Part shown: positions 33,470 through 37,639 of the stretch, one piece after another
How the letters are laid out: every line of letters starts with the position of its first letter
How positions within the stretch are numbered: position 1 is the first letter of the stretch
Origin: Ginglymostoma cirratum
Taxonomy: Eukaryota
Reading direction: 5' to 3'
NCBI GenBank assembly: GCA_024137785.1
Contig: JAHRHZ010000002.1
Coordinates: 15,723,787 to 15,761,425, forward strand
DNA length: 37,639 bases
Notes under the pieces: model-generated
The model's input: only the letters and a program-made list of their open reading frames with translations
Told to the model about the DNA's origin: nothing
Databases searched by the model: none
Position numbers and translations under genes: made by a program

Positions 33470-34462
33470 GCCTCATGGAGAGACACCCTCCATGAAACTT
33501 GATGAAATTGGTGCTCAGGCAAAATATTGTAAGATCCCTTATGTATTGTTAGACTTGCACTTGCCCAGGCAAATGGAGAGTATTCCATCACATTCCTGGT
33601 TTGTAGATGATGCACGGGCTTTGGGGAGACAGAATATGAGTTACTCACCACAGAACACCCAGCCTCCAACCTGCTCTTGTAGCAATAGGATTTATATGAC
33701 TGGTCCAGTTCAATTTCTGGTCGTGGGTAACCCTCAAAATGTTGATTATGAAGGAAGTCAGCAATGGGAATGTCAATGAATGTCAAGACTGATGGTTAGA
33801 TTCTCTCTTGTTGGAGATGGTCATTGCCTGGAACTGTGTGTCACGAATATTATTTAACCACTTTATCAGCCCTGACCCAAATGTAGTCCAGACCTTGCCG
33901 GACTGGTTCAGCATCTGAGGAGTTGTGACAGTTCTGAATATTGTGCAATCTTCGGTGACCATGATGGGATGGATGGTCTTTGACAAGCAGCTGAAGATGG
34001 TTGGACCCAGGACGCTACCCTGGTGAACTCCTGAACGATACCTAAGATCTGCGATGATTGACCTCAAACAACCACAACGATCTTCCTTTGTGCCAGGCAT
34101 GATTCCAACTTACATAGAATCTTTCCCTTGATCCCATTCCCTCCTGTTTCACCGAAGGTCCTTGATGGCACTCTGGGTTGAATGCTAACTTCATGTCAAG
34201 AGCAGATGCTCTCACCTTACGTCTGGCAGAAAGGTATTTTTGACAATGTTTGGACTAAGGCTGTGTTGAGGTGAGGAGCTGAGTGGCCCCAACTGTATCC
34301 AAACTGTCAGTTATTCCATCACCGTTGCTGCTTCACAGCACTGTCAGCTAACGTTTCCATCAATTTCTCGATGATTAAGAGGAGAAAAATACATTGCAAT
34401 TGGCCATATTGGATTTATACTACCTTTTCTGCGCAGGGCACAACAGGTAAATTTTCCACATT
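33470..34462 (-). mobile_element. CR1/L2-clade RT fragment
   Basis: SGVHQGSVLGPTIFSC (GVPQGSVLGP motif) and VMEYSPFAW. Confidence 0.75.
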
Positions 34463-34689
34463 TTCAAGTTAATGCCTGCATTATTTTAGCCCTGGAATGT
34501 GCAAAGCTGTGTGACAGACAAGCCCAGACAGGAAGAAACATAAAGTTAGAATGAAACTGAACCATCAACTTCCTCGTAAGGTATATACACTCGGTTGTCT
34601 TTGACTTTCTTTGTTCTTCTATACAATCACACATGACTGTCTCAGTGATTAGTATATGCATAAGCACAGAGACTGACAAAGTATCACAG

Positions 34690-35864
34690 GATAACAAAGT
34701 GTAGAGCTGGATGAACACAGCAGGCGAAGTAGCATCATAGGAGCAGGAAAGCTTGACGTTTCGGGCCTAGACCCTTCGTCAGAAATGGGAGAGGGGAAGA
34801 GGGTTCTGAAATAAATAGAGAGAGAGCAGGAGGTGGAAAGAAGATGGATAGAGGAGACGATAGGTGGAGAGGAGACAGACAAGTCAAAGATGAGGGGATG
34901 GAGCCAGTAAAGGTGAGTGTAGATGGGGAGGTAGGGAGGAGATAAGTCAGTCCAGGGAGGATGGACAGGTCAAGGGGGCAGGATGAGGTTAGTAGGTAGG
35001 AAATGGGGATGCGGCTTGAGGTGGGAGGAGGGGATAGATGAGTGGAAGAACAGGTTAGGGAGGCGGGGACGAGCTGGTTTTGGGATGCGGTAGGGGGAGG
35101 CGAGATTTTGAAGCTTGTGAAATCCACATTGATACCATTGGGCTGCAGGGTTCCCAGGCTGAATATGAGTTGCAGTTCCTGCAGCCTTCAGGTGGCATCA
35201 CTGTGGCACTGCAGGAGGCCCAGGATGGACATGTCGTCTGAGGAATGGGAGGGGGAGTTGAAATGGTTCGCGACTGGGAGGTGCAATTGTTTATTGCGAA
35301 CCGAGCGCAAGTGTTCTGCAAAGCGGTCCCCAAGCCTCTGCCTGATTTCCCCGATGTAGAGGAGGCCACAACGGGTACAGCGGATGCAGTAAACCACATT
35401 AGCAGATATGCAGGTGAACATCTGCTTGATGTGGAAAGTCTTCTTGGGGCCTGGGATGGGGGTGAGGGAGGAGGTGTGGGGGGAGGTGTAGCACTTCCTG
35501 CGGCTGCAGGGAAAAGTGCTGGGTGTGGTGGGGCTGAAGGGGAGTGTGGAGCGGACAAGGGAGTCACGGAGAGAGTGGTCCCTCCGGAAAGCAGACAAGG
35601 GTTGGGAGGGAAAATTGTCTTTGGTGGTGGGGTTGATTGCAGATGGCGGAAGTGTCGGAGGATGATGCGTTGGATCCGGAGGTTGGTGGGGTGGTACATG
35701 AGGACGAGGGGGACTCTTTTTGGGTTGTTATTGCGGGGACAGGGCGTGAGGGATGAGTTGCAGGAAATGCGGGAGACACGGTGGAGGGCGTTCTCAACCA
35801 CTTCCTTCGACCAAGGAAGTTGCGGTCCTTAAAGAACGAGGACATCTGAGATGTACGGGAGTGG
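34690..35864 (-). mobile_element. Second Penelope-like copy, 5'-truncated (RT C-terminal region, linker, GIY-YIG endonuclease, 3' end)
   Basis: Highly similar to 5960-7136 in reverse; VVYCIRCTRCGLLYIGEIRQRLGDRFAEH in ORF 35188-35598. Confidence 0.93.
34755..34782 (-). ncRNA. Minimal hammerhead motif in the 3' end of PLE copy 2
   Basis: Reverse complement reads CTGACGA-A-GGGTCTAGGCCC-GAAA-CGTC, with an intact core and GUC triplet. Confidence 0.7.
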
Positions 35865-36127
35865 CTGAGGCATTCCACTCCCGTACATCTCAGATGTCCT
35901 CGTTCTTTAAGGACCGCAACTTCCTTGGTCAACTTCCTGCAACACTCAGATTCACATTCACACACACAGACTATCATGCAAACTCATATCTACATGTTCA
36001 TGGACTCACATCCATATATACATAATGACACAGTTACACCTTGGGATATACACAGCCATAGTTAAATGTGCAGACAGTCACACAGAGAGTTATTTTTCTC
36101 CAAATTTATAGAACCTGAAGCTATTTG

Positions 36128-36202
36128 AGTGGCACGGTGGTTCAGTGGTTAGAACTGCAGCCTCACAGCGCCAGGGACCCGGGTTTGATTCCACTATCAG
36201 GC
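36128..36202 (+). mobile_element. HE1-type SINE tRNA-like head only
   Basis: ggcacggtggttcagtggttag...cagggacccgggtttgattcc. Confidence 0.8.
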
Positions 36203-36207
36203 CTATA

Positions 36208-36288
36208 GTCTAGGCCCAAACTTCAGCCTTCCTGCTCCGCTGATGCTGCTTGGCCTGCTGTGTTCATCCAGCTCTACACCTTGTTATC
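36208..36288 (+). mobile_element. Penelope-like 3'-terminal fragment
   Basis: Matches 7051-7132. Confidence 0.85.
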
Positions 36289-37096
36289 ACGGCATATATG
36301 AGGGTCTGTGATATGAGGGGAATGGGAGATGTGAGGGCCTGTGATATGAATGATATGAAGGGGAATGAGAGATATGAGAGCCTGTTATATGAAGTATGTG
36401 AGGGGGTTGGGAGATTTGTTGGAGGATGGAAGATACGGGGTTGGGAGAGTGAAAGAAATGAGGCCTAAAATTTGGAGGATCTGAAGAAGTATATGAGTTC
36501 TGCGATGTGGAAATTGTGAGGAGGAACAGGAGATATAAAGGGGAGTAGGAGATATGACAGGAATGGGTGTGCGATTTTAACCTTGCTTTTCGAGAATCCT
36601 GAGGCCCTGAATCTACACTGCGGTTCATGATTCCCTTGGGGGTGTGTGGTTTGATTGTGAGCCATGACTCATTGAGAATCACTGCATGCAACAGAGTTGG
36701 CTGGTTTGAGACGGTAGAGTTTTGTGACTGTTTATTGGAACGGGTGGTCTGTATTAGGAATGAGTAACTACATCTTTCTAAAAAAAAGGCCAGAGGCAGG
36801 CAGGCAACCTGACTCTAAGAAAATCGGTGCCATGTAACATTTCAGGACGGTGGGTCTTTGTTAGAATTGCTGTGCAAACTCTAGTCTCTCGTGTAGTGCC
36901 CCTTTGTATTTCTGACGATTGTAGTTAAAGAGCTCAGGGCTACATTAAGATGCAAAGGTACCGACATCAAATAGGTCTGACCAGAATTGAGAACAGATTG
37001 CCCCTGGGGAAAAAAAAAGTTCAGAGTGACTCTTAATTAATGTGTTGCAAGTAGGATAGGTCTTATACACAAAACTAGTGCGGGAGTTGAAACTTC

Positions 37097-37590
37097 ATGT
37101 TGCAGTTGTACAGAATGTTGGTGAGGCCACTTTTGGAGTACACTGTACATTTCTGGTTGCCCTGCTATGGAAAGGATATTATTAAATTGGAGAGGGCACA
37201 GAAAGTATTGACAAGGATGTTAACAGGCCTGGAGGGTTTGAGTTATAAGGAAAGGCTGGATGGGCTGGGACTTTTTTCACTGGAGCGTAGAAGGTCGAAG
37301 GGTGCTCTTATAGATGTTCATAAAATCTTGAGGGGTACAGTTAAAGTGAGTAGCAAAGGTCTTTTCTCTAAGGTGGGGGAGTTCAAAACCAAAGGACATA
37401 ATTTTAAAGTGAGGGGAAAAGATCTAAGCGGGACCTGAGGGGCACCTTTTTCTCCCAGAGGGTGGTTTGTGTGTGGAATGAACTGCCAGAGGAAGTGATA
37501 GATGGAGGTACAGTTACAACATTTAAAAGACATTTCGACAAGTACATGAATAGGAAAGGTTTAGAGGGATATGGGCCAAACACGGGGAAA
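37097..37590 (+). mobile_element. CR1 ORF2 C-terminal fragment
   Basis: [12 protein letters not shown]...[18 protein letters not shown]...TKGHNFKVRG. Confidence 0.9.
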
Positions 37591-37597
37591 AGTGTAT

Positions 37598-37639
37598 CAG
37601 AGATAAAAGGTACTGCAGATGCTGGAGAATCCGAGATAA
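37598..37639 (-). mobile_element. Start of another Penelope-like terminus at the window edge, adjoining a CR1 copy
   Basis: agagataaaaggtactgcagatgctggagaatccgagataa resembles 4385-4424. Confidence 0.7.

Overview
Vertebrate genomic DNA, almost certainly from a shark or other elasmobranch (inferred from multiple HE1-type V-SINEs, Deu-domain SINE pieces, CR1 LINEs and Neptune-type Penelope-like elements), with four N-gaps of 10 to about 400 nt. One intron-containing gene on the + strand spans 11835-30844. I assembled it by hand from splice signals and reading frame into 10 coding exons: signal peptide; Cys-less V-set Ig; C2/I-set Ig; five separate phase-1 exons each encoding one hydrophobic segment; two tail exons; then AATAAA at 31226. 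It predicts a ~428-433 aa protein with a CD2/SLAM/CEACAM/HEPACAM-like V+C2 ectodomain on a five-pass, CD47-like membrane domain. This is the main candidate novelty, and several of its exons (including three of the five TM exons) are absent from the supplied ORF track. The expected V-exon acceptor reads CAT instead of CAG. The rest of the window is mostly transposon debris: two Penelope-like copies with hammerhead motifs, inverted termini and a perfect 56-bp foldback, a Tx1-like LINE tail with TSD, a decayed Harbinger Myb/SANT gene, and CR1 and SINE fragments. Family names come from motif recognition and memory, not database searches; repeat boundaries are approximate.
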